64,000 nucleotides of DNA. Source: Eledone cirrhosa (taxonomy: Eukaryota). The translations under genes and the position numbers were made by a program. The DNA lies in contig OZ024744.1 in the NCBI GenBank assembly GCA_964016885.1, positions 63,550,001 to 63,614,000 on the forward strand, in the 5' to 3' direction. The notes below the pieces were generated by a model that saw only the letters and a program-made list of their open reading frames with translations, had not been told where the DNA came from and made no database searches. This document shows, one piece after another, positions 1 through 12,620 of the stretch (position 1 is the stretch's first letter; each line of letters opens with the position of its first letter).

Positions 1-1540
1 TTTAACTGTGCCTTTATAAACTATGTTTCTGTCAATCAATTATTTTGTAAAGGGCAGTTTGATTTGATTCTACAGTTACATTTACTGGAGTTATTGTTGT
101 TCAGAACGGTACTATTATTCTGAATATTGTTGTTAGAAATATTATTATTGCTATTTTGGTTAGTTTGGTTAGGATTCAGATTTAAGTTTATATTATTAAT
201 TCTATTTATATTTTGTGCTATGTTCATAGTAGTAGAGTAGGATAGTTTTATAGTATGTCTGTTAAAAATAGAGTGGTATCTGTGGGCTTTAGGAAAACAT
301 TTATCTAGTACTTTAAAGAATAGCTTTGCTAAAGGTGTTTTAAGGCTTAATGAGAATGGGGGAGAGAACCAAATAATATTTCTAGTTCTAGTTTTTTTGT
401 TTGGTTTAGTGTTTAAATCAATACTAGGATGATTTGTCATGTTATTGTTATCTATGTATTTAATTCTATTCGAGTATCCTGCTCTATGTAAAGCTTCATT
501 ATAATATTCAGCCTTATCATCAAAAATATTTTTATTAGCAGAGATGCGTGAAATCCGTTGTTGGACGCTATTGACAATAGTGTTTTTAATACTTCTAGGA
601 ATTGAAACTTACATAATTTAGATTTTCGTTAATTTTATGGAAAGGATGATAAAGACCTGTGCTAAGGTTTAAGGTTACATCTAAGAAGTTAACGTTTTTG
701 TAGTTATTCTCTATTTCTAACTTAAGATTGTAGTTGTTGAAAAATTGTATTATGGATTTTCTTTTCCTATTAATTTCACTATTGCTATGGTTTTCAATTA
801 AAAGTAACACATCGTCACGATATAAACCTCCGGCCATCTATGGCATTTTCCTATGCAGTACATTATTAATAAATAATCCAACGAGGTCCATTAGTTGCGC
901 CGAGTCAGATGATCCCATAATGATATCAAAATTGTTTTTTCTGTCGGCTCTTGTCCAGAGATGATTATTAAATTCTATTAGGGTTTTACGTGCTGCTAGA
1001 ATTATATTCATTTCTTCACTAGATAGGTCTGTATGTTTAGACGCGTAGATAAGTGCCTTATTAAGTAAACTAGGGGTAATAGAGAAGTAGTAATTTGCAA
1101 TATCCATTTGAAAGAATTTTTTGTTATGTTTTAATTTTATGTTATTGAACCAATCTATAACTTCATTAGTACCGTTCCATAGTTTAAGGTGTGATTTTTT
1201 CTTTAAGTAGTGGTATAATTCTATCTAATATATGTTTGCTAATTATGCCTAAGTCCGATTTGTGGTCTTTCAGGTTAATTTTCGGTTTTCTAGGTATAAA
1301 GGGTTCAGTCCTATTTCGGATGCCTAATTTATAAATAATTTCAGAAGCTTCTCTATTTAACGTTGAAAGATCTTCATTTGATGTTATTTTGTAGTTTTTT
1401 CTGAGTTCTTTCAATATAAGGTTATTATATTCGTCCTTTTCCATAGCATATAAATTATTAGTTTTATCAGATTTTACGAGGATCTTCTTAGTTTTTTCTA
1501 GATTGTCTATTTTATTCTTTTCTAGATTGTTTATTTTATT
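1..1540 (-). mobile_element. Penelope-like element (Naiad-type), degraded RT plus linker; the GIY-YIG end lies beyond the left window edge
   Basis: Consecutive minus-strand ORF pieces: KINLKDHK, FFQMDIANYYFSI, MGSSDSAQLMDLVGLFI, GGLYRDD, NFLDVTLNL, WFSPPFS, CNCRIKSNCPL. Broken by frameshifts and stops; closely paralogous to 30313-31641. Confidence 0.9.
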
Positions 1541-1544
1541 CCTC

Positions 1545-1545
1545 T

Positions 1546-1602
<57 letters not shown>

Positions 1603-1821
1603 AACATACATATATACACATACATGAACACACATGCATACATTACACACATACATATATATATATATACACATATATATATATACATATACATATATAT
1701 ATATATATGTATATGTGTATATATATGTATATGTATGTGTGTAATGTATGCATGTATGTTCATGTATATATGTATGTTTGTGTGTATATATACATGTATA
1801 TATATATATGTATATATATAT
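1545..1821. repeat. (CA)n/(TA)n/(TG)n compound microsatellite
   Basis: Read directly; source of spurious YIYI ORFs. Confidence 0.95.
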
Positions 1822-2110
1822 GTCAGGTCACCAGTTGGTGCTACTGGTAACATGTATCCCAGTACAACCTGTCCCATGGTCGGGTCGTTGGCGACTAAAC
1901 TGGCAACCCCACCTAGGTTTCTTGGTGAGGAGGGTGACTTTGGACATCCTGCAGGACTAAAAACAAAACCTGTCAAAGGGCAAAGGAGCTCTTAAGAGTC
2001 AATGGCCATCCAAAATCACCGGGAGAGATGACCCTTAGCCTTTGTCAAGGCAAAATTCTAGAAGGAAAACTCTGATATAACACCTGCAACCCTGATGGTA
2101 TCCAATGATG
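1822..2110 (+). mobile_element. Probable non-LTR retrotransposon (RTE-like) 5' UTR fragment
   Basis: Homologous to about 48471-48660 (tgctactggta...cccagtacaa...ggcgactaaac...ggtgaggagggt...aaagggc); contains agaaggaaaactctgat, a motif I recall from RTE 5' UTRs. Confidence 0.5.
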
Positions 2111-2420
2111 TTGACTTGTTCTTCTTTTTGGTAAATATCATCTTGGTTAAGAGAGTGGGACTGGCTTTGTGCAGTGCCTTTGCTCACTATAAAAGCTTCA
2201 CGGCACAGGCATTGCTTTATATCTGGAGATCTCTCTGCACTTGTCATCACATGGTACCATGGGCCCAGCACTATGTGTCAGTATTTGTCACAAGTGTAGT
2301 GTTTGTACTAGAGTTTTCAAGTCGCTGGCTGGACTAAAAAGTTACATTCGTTTAGCGCATCGGTAGTTCTCCTACATGGATATAAAGTAGTGGCCGTACT
2401 CGAAAACGTGTTGGCAGCCA

Positions 2421-2422
<2 letters not shown>

Positions 2423-2493
<71 letters not shown>

Positions 2494-2509
2494 TATATAT
2501 GTATTTGTA

Positions 2510-2542
<33 letters not shown>

Positions 2543-2623
2543 GTATATATATATGCATATATGTTTTTATATGTGTATCTGTGTGTAAATGTATATATAT
2601 GTGTATGTATGCGTGTATATGTG

Positions 2624-2716
<93 letters not shown>

Positions 2717-2834
2717 GTATATATATATATGTATATATATATATGTAATAACACACACACTTATATATGGGTATAAGAGTGTGGTCTTTTGCGAATGTGT
2801 GGGAGGAAAAGGTTTTATATATATATGTGTGTAT

Positions 2835-2924
<90 letters not shown>
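2423..2924. repeat. (TA)n-rich microsatellite block
   Basis: Read directly. Confidence 0.95.
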
Positions 2925-2928
<4 letters not shown>

Positions 2929-3235
2929 ATACTTGGCGAGGGTCATATTGTTGTAATAATATTGCCAGAATTAATAACAGAACACACTCACTATTTGGTT
3001 GGTTTTCACTTCTGTATCTTTTATATCAGTTAATTTATTCGGTCCTCAATGTTTACCATTGACTGACCAACGGTCAAAAATACAGATATAATATAGACAG
3101 AAACACATATATATAGTCTAACAAAGTTCTTTCGTTGCACATCTTCAACATCGTCAGTGGTGCTATTATGTTTCCTCCTGTTGTATTGTATGTCTACGCC
3201 ATTTTTATTTAATCTGTTTACTTATTTATTTATTT
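2925..3235 (-). mobile_element. PLE 3' terminal (pLTR) fragment, same family as 23531-24560, with a partly decayed hammerhead at about 3118-3163
   Basis: Reverse complement matches about 24270-24560; the minus strand reads CTGACGA-tgttg...caac-GAAA-gaac-TT, with a mismatched stem I. Confidence 0.8.
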
Positions 3236-3251
3236 TTGCCTTCTTCTCTGC

Positions 3252-3910
3252 ACAGCTTTAAAGAATTAGCTTTTAAAGAATTCCCCTTTCTTTAAACCAA
3301 TGACCTCCACCCATCCTGTAGACACCTGAAATATAGGCATTGTTAGCTTAAGAGAAACTTAAAAATAAAGAGTGGTACTCCAATCTGAACTTGTTTATAG
3401 TACTCTTTCTGCCTTTGTCACTCTAAATACAGCTTTAAAGAATTAGCTTTTAAAGAATTCCTCCTTCTTTAACCCTTTAGCATTCACATTACTCTATATA
3501 TACTATTATATTTTCATGGTAAAGGTTTTACCTCACATAATATCTCACATAATATTGAATCTATGAGATTTTGAAAGTATTTATTTTGAGAACAATACCT
3601 TAACATCAGTTTGAGCGACCAGTTACAGCCAGTTTCAACAGAAAGAGAGAGGGAATTCTGGCCGGTTGTGGCCGGTTTGAACATTAAAGGGTTAAACCAA
3701 TTACCTCCACCCATCCTGTAGACACCTGAAATATAGGCATTGTTAGCTTAAGAGGGATTTAAAAATAAGGAGTGGTACTCCAATCTGAATTTGTTTATAG
3801 TACTCTTTCTGCCTTTGTCACTCTAAATATAAATTATAGCTTTAAAGAATTAGCTTTTAATGAACTCCCTTTTCTTTAAACCCATCAACCAATGACCTCC
3901 ACCCATCCCA
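3252..3910. repeat. Tandem repeat of about 177 bp (about 2.4 copies); copy 2 is interrupted by a piggyBac MITE
   Basis: The unit start (a)cagctttaaagaattagcttttaa recurs at about 3252, 3429 and 3836. Confidence 0.85.
3473..3691. mobile_element. Non-autonomous piggyBac-type MITE
   Basis: TTAA-CCCTTTAG...TTAAAGGG-TTAA termini. The paralogous empty site in the neighbouring repeat unit has a single TTAA. A second, inverted copy lies at 19932-20374. Confidence 0.85.
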
Positions 3911-4033
3911 ATCCCCACTCTCTCCTACCACCAGAAAATATATAAATACCACCATATTTACTTGGACAGTCAGCTTCATGATGATTTCTCACGAATGAAA
4001 CAGTTCTAGTCCTGTAGAAGCTTTTCTATATTA

Positions 4034-4079
<46 letters not shown>

Positions 4080-4169
4080 TTCTTTTCTCTCTATATCTTT
4101 ATTATTAATATTATTATTGATGATGTAATTTGAATTTGTAAATTTGCCAGTTACATATATTTTCAATTA

Positions 4170-4281
4170 ACAGTTTCTGAAGATCTGATCGAGCTAACAT
4201 CGTATTTAAAATTGAGTGCCACTGCTTCTAGTGTTCAGCAATTTTTAGACATCTTTATCAGTGAAACAATTGTTAGACTGT
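4170..4281 (+). ncRNA. Type-I minimal hammerhead ribozyme in the 5' pLTR
   Basis: Stem I acagttt/agactgt; core CTGAAGA; stem II ctgat/atcag with a large insert; GAAA-C-aatt-G-T-T (palindromic CAATTG; GUU triplet). Confidence 0.8.
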
Positions 4282-4552
4282 AAATAAATGCCCTTTTTTG
4301 TACTGTTGACCATGTTATTCTCCACTTTTTCAATGTTTTTACTCCAGGATAAACTTACATAGGAATACAAGTGAAATCATAAATTCGTCATCTACGTAAA
4401 CCTCTTGTTGAGTCAAACAACGCCGTACGCTAAAACTATCCCTAATAAGAAGTATTCACAACCTCTAACTGGATTACTTATAACGATATTTTGTTATCCT
4501 TTATACCAAGCTCCCATTAGGTTGAGCAATCAATTTAAAGCACGGCACTAAC

Positions 4553-6924
4553 ATGAAAAGACACTATATAGGAATGTCCTTAAAAAACATACAAATAAGG
4601 AATATATGCTCGGTATGATACAAAGAACTAATGACTTTATCCGCAGAATCCGATGGAAAGCATATCATTACGATAAAGGACATAATAATAGTGATAGAAA
4701 TAATGGTTCTACCAGGGAAAAATACGGGTTTAGATCCTGTATAAATCCACCAAGCAACTCACAACTTGATGCTTTTGAACTTGACCACATGAACATGATA
4801 AAATAAATTAAATTTAAAAAAACGAACACACCATAACAAACTGCAAAATAACATCAATGTACTACTAAAAAAAATTACGTAACACCAATGGTATTATAGT
4901 AAAGGCAGACAAAACATCAAATGTATACACCATGAGCCTTAATACATACATCAACTTTATACGCCGGGAATTACATAAAAAATACAAGAAAACTACGGAG
5001 TAGCATTAACAAGGAAGGTCTTAACATAGTAAAAAAAACTTAAAATATCCGATAGAACCGAACCTCTAACCCCTTGTAAACCCACTTTTAATCTGAAGGA
5101 TCATAAATGTAACTTCGAAACTAACCCTACTATTAGATTATGTCCATCAAAATCAGATATAGGCAAAATTAGCAAGTTTATACTAGATAGAATAATACCA
5201 CAAATTAAAGAACAAGTAATAATCAAGCTCTGAGGTAACACAAACGAAGCAATAGATTGGTTTAATAAATTAGATAATAGAGAATCTTCCGACTTTATAC
5301 AATTTGACATAAATGACTACTACTCTTCTATTTCTCCAGTTACCCTAAACAAGGCACTATCCTTTGCACAAAAAAAACTCAGACCTTTCACCAGATGAAA
5401 TTAAAATAATACTAGCTACTAGAAGAACAATCATTAAATTCGACAATAGTTACTGGGAGCGAAAAAATAGACAGAATAGCTTCGATATAACTATGGGATC
5501 AAATGATTCAGCCCAAGTTACAGACATTGTCGGAATTTATATAGCAGATTTCTTACATAGGGAATTTGATAACCTACAAGGGGGAATCTATAGAGACGAT
5601 ACACTACTTTTAGCTGAAAACCTAAATAATCAAAACTTAGAAAGATTAAGGAAAAAGATTAGGAAATTCTTTAATAATTTAGGCTTTAACATCACTTTTG
5701 AACCCAACTCTAAAAAAACTAACTTCTTAGATGTTACACTTAACCTTAACCTAGGACTGATAGAACCCTTCCATAAAAATAATGAAAATTTAGCTTACAT
5801 TGATTATAACTCTAATCACACTCGATCCATAATTAACTCCATAGCACATAGTATATCCCTTAGAATCTCGCGCTTATCTTCTAACCTAGAAATGTTTAAC
5901 GAACACGCTAACTACTACATCATAGCTTTACTTAAGGTAGGCCATAAAGAGAGACTCAAATACATACCAAATACAAAAAATAACAACACACTTAATATTA
6001 ATAGCCCTATCCACACCTATAGAAACAACAAATCTAGGACTAAATATAGAAATTGACAACAAGCACGTAAATTAAATGAACAGAATACTAATTTAAAGAC
6101 CACTAATAACTATCAAAGATGCAGAAATAGAAACTTCTTATGGTTCAATCAAATGTTTAACTCCTCTATAAAAACAAAACTACCTTACACTTTCTTCAAA
6201 TTGGTTGAGAAACACTTCCCTAAAATTCATAAATATCATAAAATCTTTAATAGAAAAACTATCAAACTATCATACTCCACTGCCAACAATATAGAATCGC
6301 ACATACATAAAATTAACTATAAAAGAATTTATAATGCAAGTGGCCCACAAATAAGTACCATAACACTAAATACAAAACATAAACATATAACATCATCACA
6401 GCCAAACACACACCAGAACACATCACCACAATACATTAACAAACCCAATTCTCAGCCCATACATAACAACCTACAAAACCATATAGAAGAACCGGCGCAT
6501 AGAAAAGCATCTAAATGTAACTGCCATCTACCTGACAAATGCCCTTTACAAAATAAATGCCTAGAGACAAATATAGTATACCTATGTACTATAAATTCAG
6601 GTAGCTTAGCATGGCATTCCATTGGTTCCACAGCTGGGGAGTTTAAGAAAAGGTGGTACGTACATAGACACTCTATGATTAACAACGACTCTCACCAATA
6701 AAATCTGGCAACTCAAAGATGCAAACATGGAATATAAAATCAGCTGGACGAAGCTATCAAAAGCAATGGCCTATTAAATTGGTATGTCCCACTGTGGTCT
6801 CTGTAATATGGAGCTTTTCCAAATTTTAAATTATAACAAAATTCTCCTTAACAGTAAAATTGAAAGAACTATTTTTTGTCGAAATAAATCGGCAACCAAA
6901 TTCGAGAACTTTAGACCAGCTTAA
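4553..6924 (+). pseudogene. PLE reverse transcriptase and GIY-YIG endonuclease ORF, disrupted
   Basis: FIRRIRWKAYHY, VKADKT, FIQFDINDYYSSI, MGSNDSAQVTDIVGIYI, GGIYRDD, NFLDVTLNL, CNCHLPDKCPLQNKCL, IVY...SIGST..FKKRW. Several stops and frameshifts (e.g. 4804, about 5231, 6054, 6699). Confidence 0.88.
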
Positions 6925-7677
6925 TTCCATCTTATCTATTCCATAACCCAGTTTGTACCTCTTGGATCTATTATAATATCACATTATCAGCATCATCATC
7001 ATTATGATTATGATTATAATTATAATTGTCACCATCTATCAAAGAACATCAAAACCTTTTATATTTACATTCTTATTTTATATATCTCTATCTTTCACTC
7101 TCTATATTTATATTTCTCTCCCTAAATTTATTTCATCTCTGTCATTCTATTTTATCATATATTATAACTTAAAGCTAATTAATTAATTTATTTATTAAAA
7201 TAACCAATACACACATAAATATATTTAACATTATCATCTTCTCTACAAATATTCTAATAATTCTCAAAAACCAATCTCAATAATTTTAATATGTTTAAAT
7301 ATTCTTCGCAAATTTTTACTTCTTTTGCGTATTTATTTTCATTTTTCATTTTCACATTTTATACCACTTTATATCACATTAGATGCAATTTATTTATTTA
7401 TTTATTTATTCATTTATTTATTTATCAATTTTTTATCAATTTTTAAATATATTTTATATATATATAATTTTTTTTTCTCTGTAATAATTTCTCCTTTTTC
7501 TTCTTTTTTCTCTTTCTCTTTTTCTTTTTCCGTCTTTTTTTTTTTACTTTCTTTTCTTTCTTTACTGTATCTATCTCCTCTTCTTCCTTCTTTTCTCTCT
7601 ATATCTTTATTATTAATATTATTATTGATGATGTAATTTGAATTTGTAAATTTGCTGGTTACATATATTTTCAATTA

Positions 7678-7789
7678 ACAGTTTCTGAAGATCTGATCGA
7701 GCTAACATCGTATTTAAAATTGAGTGCCACTGCTTCTAGTGTTCAGCAATTTTTAGACATCTTTATCAGTGAAACAATTGTTAGACTGT
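7678..7789 (+). ncRNA. Type-I minimal hammerhead ribozyme in the 3' pLTR
   Basis: Identical to 4170-4281, 3508 bp downstream. Confidence 0.8.
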
Positions 7790-8446
7790 AAATAAATGCC
7801 CTTTTTTGTACTGTTGACCATGTTATTCTCCACTTTTTCAATTTTATATGTATATATATATATATATATTTGTTTGTTTATAGATTATATACTAGCTGAT
7901 ATACCCAGCTTCGCCCAGGTTAATAGATGATAAGAGAAGACAGGTAGAAGAGAAAATGACTGTATTGGATATTTGTCTGGTTTACAGTATGAGGCAAGAC
8001 CTTGGTGTGTGTGTGTATGTGTTACAAAAAAATAAACAGTAAAAAAATCTTCCAGATACACCAGATTCTTTGTTTACCATTCATAGTATATAAAGATTTC
8101 AAAGTGTTTCCATTTGCGGACAACCTACATATAACTGTCTATGGGTAGAAAGTGATTTTCTTGTATTCAATTCTGCGACTTTGAAACTCTGAGCCTGAGC
8201 TTTATGTATTGTCATAGCAAAACTGTCTCTAACAGGGAACTGAAGTCTTGAGAATTTGAATGGCAGCTCAGTAGAGGAAGGGATAAGAGGAATCTTGGGA
8301 ATAAATACATTTCTCCTTGATGATTGCCTCCAAGAATAGTGACTTCTAGGAGATGGTTCATCTCCTGCCTGACTGTAAAGTGGGTGCCATTGTATAAAAG
8401 TAGCAGGTCCATGTTTCTCAAAAGGATGATGGAAGTTAAATATTTT

Positions 8447-8721
8447 ATATTATATGTAGATATAGATATAGATATCTAGATATAGATATATAGATATATA
8501 TATATATAGATATAGATATATAGATATAGATATATAGATATAGATATATAGATATAGATATAGATATATAGATATAGATATATAGATATAGATATATAGA
8601 TATAGATATATAGATATAGATATATAGATATAGATATATAGATATGTAGATATAGATATATAGATATAGATATATAGATATAGATATAGATATATAGATA
8701 TAGATATATAGATATAGATAT
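8447..8721. repeat. (TAGATA/TAGATATA)n microsatellite; a second block lies at 10798-11170
   Basis: Read directly; the two blocks flank the RTE insertion. Confidence 0.95.
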
Positions 8722-10797
8722 ATCATCATCATCATCGTTTAACATCCATCTTCCATGGTAGCATGGGTTTAGACGGGAGTTTTCCCACTTGGGGCAAGAT
8801 TGGTTGTCTTGCTCGTATAGGACTGTCTGGCGGGTTTTCTACGGCTGGATGCCCTTCCTAACACCAACCACGTTTACAGTGTGGACTAGGAGGTTTTTAC
8901 CGTGTTACCTACACAGCCACATTACAGTGTGGACTGTGTGTTTTTTTGTCGTGAAACCTACACGACCTCATTTATTTCGGACTGGATGTTGTGGTACCAA
9001 CATAACTTTACATTGAAAGGGGTGGTGTGGATGGGGTGGGGGTAGTGGGACGGGGTGTATTTTGGTTTAGAGGTGCCTACTAACTGTAGGTTTCGCTTTG
9101 TACATAGGCAAGGCAGGTCTTCTGTATTACTGCATAGCGCCAAAGATCTCGGTCCTGTGACATTGTCTTGGAGAGGTGTAAGTGTGTAAGGTCGGAATTT
9201 ATCAAGTCGTCCCAGGTTTTTCTGGGTCTGCCTACTCCGTGGCTACCGTCTATTTTGATCGCCCTGCACTTTTTTATACAGCTGTCGTCTTTCGTGCGCA
9301 TCACGTGACCAAACCAATGTAGTCTTCTCTCGAGTAAACAGCATCTGATCCCTCTTATTCCTAATTTCTCACTTAGTTCATTTATGCTTTGCCGTTCACG
9401 TATATTACTATTACACATCCAACGGAGTATGCAAGCTTCGTTCCTCTCCAGTCTGCGTATATCCTCTGCACACAATGCCCAAGTCTCACTGCCATGTAAC
9501 ATTGCTGTTCGTATGCAGGCATCATACAGCCTGCCTTTCATTCTTAAAGAGAAACCTTTATCGGCCAATAGTGCTATAAGCTCTCTGAACTTTTTCCATC
9601 CCATTCTGACTCTAGTTACTGTACTTTCAGAGCACCCTCCACCACTGCTGATTTTGTCACCCAGGTAACGGAAAGTGTCCACTATTTCTATAGAACCATC
9701 TGTGCAATGGAATGAGCTAGTATTCTGTGGGCACTGGCTGCTACTTATTGCACCAGAGCACCGGCCACATATAAAATCTATATTCTTAGTTAGCTTACCT
9801 GTGATCCCACTACATCTTTTATGCACCCATACTTTGCATTTGGGACATAAAATGGAGTTTCTGCCCACTCCTTTCCTACACACTGAGCATGGCCATTTCC
9901 CAGAAGGGACCGCCGCCTTATTTTCTTTCCTACAAACTAGAACGTTAGTCTTAGACAGGTTAATTTTAAGGCCTTTGGATTCTAGGCCATGCTTCCATGT
10001 TTGGAATTTCTTCTCTAGTTCAGCCATTGATTCAACTATGAGCGTTAGATCATCTGCTTATAGGATTTCCCATGGGCAGCCGGTCTTGAACTCCTCTGTT
10101 TTAGCCTGAAGGGCAATAATAAATAGGAGGGGGCTAATGAACCCTGATGAACACCAACTTTTACACTAAACTCTTCACTATATTCGTTGTTAATTCTAAC
10201 ATTGCTGACTGTTTTTTTATACATGGCTTGTATAGCTCTCACAAGCCATTCATCAACACCTAGTTTTCTGAGAGCCCACCAGATAATGGGGCGTGGGACT
10301 CTGTCAAAGGCTTTCTCCAAGTCAACAAAAGGTAAGTATAGGGGTTTACTTTTAGCTAGGTACTTCTGTAGTTGTCGTACAATAAAAAGAGCGTCTGTGG
10401 TACTTTTACCTGACACAAACCCGAACTGCATTTCATCTAGATCAATTCGCTCTCTGATTAGTTGCGCTATTACTATTTCTGTGACCTTCATGACCTGGTC
10501 AATTAATTTAATGCCTCTATAGTTTCCTCTATCTATAACATCTCCTTTACCCTTGTAGCAGTTAATGATGATGCTGCTATGCCAGTCCTTCGGTACAACC
10601 CCAATCTGTATGACTTAGTTTACTATCCGGGTGACCATAGTGTGTCCCAGCGTTCCAGATGCTTTCAGCATTTTAGCAACTATTTCCGAAGGCCCAGCCG
10701 CCTTGCCTGTCTTCATATCTTTGATTGCCTTACTTATTATACTACCTTCAACTTGCACTGCTGGTCCCTCTATTGGATCGATGTGGGGGAGACTGTC
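8722..10797 (-). mobile_element. RTE-clade LINE, 5'-truncated, with a PHD-like finger in the RT ORF, a long 3' UTR and a (GAT)n tail
   Basis: [74 protein letters not shown]; frameshifted; paralog of 59776-61538. Confidence 0.92.
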
Positions 10798-11659
10798 TTA
10801 TAGATATATAGATATAGATATATAGATATAGATATATAGATATAGATATATATATATAGAGATATAGATATATAGATATAGATATATAGATATAGATATA
10901 TAGACATAGATATATAGATATAGATATATCATCATCCTCGTTTAACGTCCACTTTCCGCGCTAGCATGGGATATAGATATATAGATATAGATATATAGAT
11001 ATAGATATATAGATAATTGTATATAGATATAGATATATAGATTTATAGATATAGATATACAGATATATATATATATAGATATAGATATATAGATATAGAT
11101 ATATAGATATAGATATATAGATATAGATATATAGATATATAGATATATAGATATAGATAATTGTATATAAATGTGTGTGTGTGTGTGTGAGTGTGTGTAT
11201 GTGTGTGTAAACCAGCATCCGAATCATGTTTAATTCTCTGTGTATCTGATTAAGTACTTACGTGAAGATGTGTGTGTATGTAACTTACTAAAGCGTAACG
11301 TACATAACAAACACACAAACACACACTCACAGACACATACACACTCATATACAAAATTTGATATCATCGTCATGTTATGAAAATATCCGTTTACTTATAG
11401 TTGTCTATAGTAGATTATTTTAGATAAAATGTTATATTGCTTTAATCCAAACAAAAATAAAAATTATATGTTGGCACTCCCAGGGTCTAATACCTTGTAA
11501 AATTTGATTTGATTTGGTCAAGTCATTTGCAAATGCATAAGGAAAAGACAGACAGACAGTGAGACACATAATTTTATATATAGAGAGATATATTGTAAAG
11601 AGTTACTGCCTTATGGCTGAACTATTGCTGTTTCAAGAGTGAGTCTATTTATATATACA

Positions 11660-12620
11660 TAAGAAATGTGGTCAAGGATCTGAAGAACAACAAGGCCGGA
11701 GGACTCCACGAGATCTCAGCAGAGATGCTGAAGTCTGGTGAGGACGACACTATCACAGCACTGACCGTACTGATGAACCACTGCTGGCAGGATGGACAAG
11801 TGCCCCTCATATGACAACAAGGAGTCATCATAAACTGCCGAAGAAGAGGAATCTAACAGATTGTAACAACTAGCATGGCATCATACTGCTGTCGGTCCCA
11901 GGTGAACCAGCAGGAGCTGGACGAGGTTGACCACTTCATATACCTTGGCAGCATCTTGAACAGTAGTGACATTGAGCTGGACATCAACTGCAGGATTGGA
12001 AAGGTGAGCACTGTGGTTCAACCAATCCACTCGATTTGGTCAAACACAACCATCAGCACATACATCAAACTACGTTTGTGATTCCCACAGTCATAATTGT
12101 TTCTACTTTAGGCACAAGGCCAGCAATTACCCAGTGCATTACTGGTACTTTATTTTATCGACCCTGCAAGGATGAAAGGCAAAGAAAGTCAACCTCGGCG
12201 GGATTTGAACTCAATTCCCACAGTCATAATGCCAGTGAAATGGGGAACACACACTGCAAAGATGGATAGACATCTAAACACTTTCCATCAAAGGTGCCTG
12301 CATAAGATTCTAATGGTCATCTGATGAAATTGGGTTAGGAGGAAAGAGATCCTATGGGGAATAGGGTCACATACACTACAGGAGATCGTCATGGAACATT
12401 GGTTCCATTTTGTGGGTTACATTCTGCACCTCCCAGAGGATCGTCCATCCAAAACGGCAATGACATGGACACCTCCCGAAAACAGCAGAAAAGAGGCCGG
12501 CTGAAGAATACCTGGCAGCAGACATTTCAAGGCAACCTACAAACCATCAACATCACTTGGCACAGATGTCAACGAACTGCCACCAACTGACAGTGTTGGA
12601 GATGATTGGTTGATTCCTGT
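11660..12620 (+). mobile_element. Degenerate, internally deleted RTE LINE fragment with a nested SINE
   Basis: KNNKAGGLHEISAEMLK, EVDHFIYLGSIL, RIGKVS, RGRLKNTW. Confidence 0.75.
12098..12213 (-). mobile_element. 5'-truncated tRNA-derived SINE (family S1, Meta-domain-like core)
   Basis: 17-bp TSD attcccacagtcataat at 12081-12097 and 12214-12230; core gttgacttt...cctttcatcctt...gggtcgataaaataaagtaccag. Confidence 0.85.

Larger units (their letters stand above)
4081..7842 (+). mobile_element. Full-structure Naiad-type Penelope-like element with 254-bp direct pseudo-LTRs (4081-4334 and 7589-7842)
   Basis: The direct repeats differ at 2 positions; they enclose RT and GIY-YIG coding remnants; the element is flanked by (TA)n on both sides. 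Confidence 0.92.
7892..11588 (-). mobile_element. Defective Helitron with a Pif1-like helicase C-terminal remnant (about 8060-8430) and a nested RTE and microsatellites
   Basis: The minus strand starts A|TCTCTCTATATATAAAA...tgtctgtctgtc at 11588 and ends with a GC-rich hairpin plus CTAG|T at 7892. It encodes IILLRNMD..LYNGT..LLEVTILGG..GE and, in other frames, LQFPVRDSFAMTIHKAQ and TKNLVY. Pairing of the two ends is inferred. Confidence 0.7.

Noticed and set aside
1503-3062. Many long YIYI/ICIY ORFs here and at 57.4-64 kb, plus poly-E/K/R/F/L ORFs at 43 kb
   Set aside because: Stop-free translations of microsatellites and N runs, not genes.
3970-4015. Hammerhead-like atgatga-tttc...gaat-gaaa
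   Set aside because: The core C3 is missing and stems I and III are not convincing; at most a dead relic.
5231-5233. In-frame TGA in the Naiad ORF (also 6054), suggesting selenocysteine as reported for some Naiads
   Set aside because: The paralog at about 1180 has TGG (LWNGTNEVIDWF) at the first position; the second lies in a variable linker; the ORF has other lesions and I recognised no SECIS element.
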